Source of the DNA: Phallusia mammillata
Lineage: Eukaryota
Direction of reading: 5' to 3'
NCBI GenBank assembly: GCA_965637545.1
Contig: OZ281497.1
Coordinates: 25,978,001 to 26,042,000, forward strand
Length of the DNA: 64,000 bases
Under the pieces are notes generated by a model. The model was not told where the DNA came from. It made no database searches and saw only the letters and a program-made list of their open reading frames with translations. Shown in pieces: positions 63,801 through 64,000 of the stretch. The translations under genes and the position numbers were made by a program. Every line of letters begins with the position of its first letter. Positions within the stretch are counted from its first letter, which is position 1.

Positions 63801-64000
63801 CTGTAAAGGTTACAATAAATGTTAATGGACCATACCCAGATATACATACAGGGTCCCAATATTTTGACCCCGAACTTGATCCATAAGCTGTTGACGTAAT
63901 GCAGCAAAGTAGCACTACAGGATTTAAGTCTACATCAAACATGTTATGAGGATTGCCTAATCATGCAATATAAATATATGCATATGTGGCAAAGAAGAAT

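Overview
AT-rich, intron-containing animal genomic DNA; an ascidian/tunicate origin is a plausible inference from the style of the NACHT proteins and the short GT-AG introns, but it is not proven. On the minus strand, a tandem cluster of NLR-type (NACHT-LRR) genes sits between two TRPA1-like genes. On the left are 10 N-terminal and ankyrin-repeat exons running off the window; on the right are the TRP-like and coiled-coil 3' exons. The cluster holds an intact NLR-A (11825-16039, 940 aa by my splice model), a NACHT-deleted NLR-B (21250-25479) and an NLR-C (39511-57705, 935 aa). The NLR-C terminal exon and 3' region are duplicated as a ~1.9 kb inverted repeat. None of the NLRs has a recognisable death-fold domain; all three carry a short conserved beta-prone motif (GD-x3-HT[S/T]GPVYN-x-PV) inside a disordered N-terminus, which is the best candidate for an undescribed (amyloid-type) signalling system here. 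The LRRs are encoded by phase-0, 162-nt cassette exons. Introns and spacers hold Penelope-like retroelements with minimal hammerhead ribozymes, a Gypsy relic, hAT and Mutator-like MITEs with TSDs, Helentron-like elements with a ~128-bp satellite, a tRNA-derived SINE, and several perfect NF-kB sites. All gene models were assembled by eye from splice sites and reading-frame phase, with no expression data.
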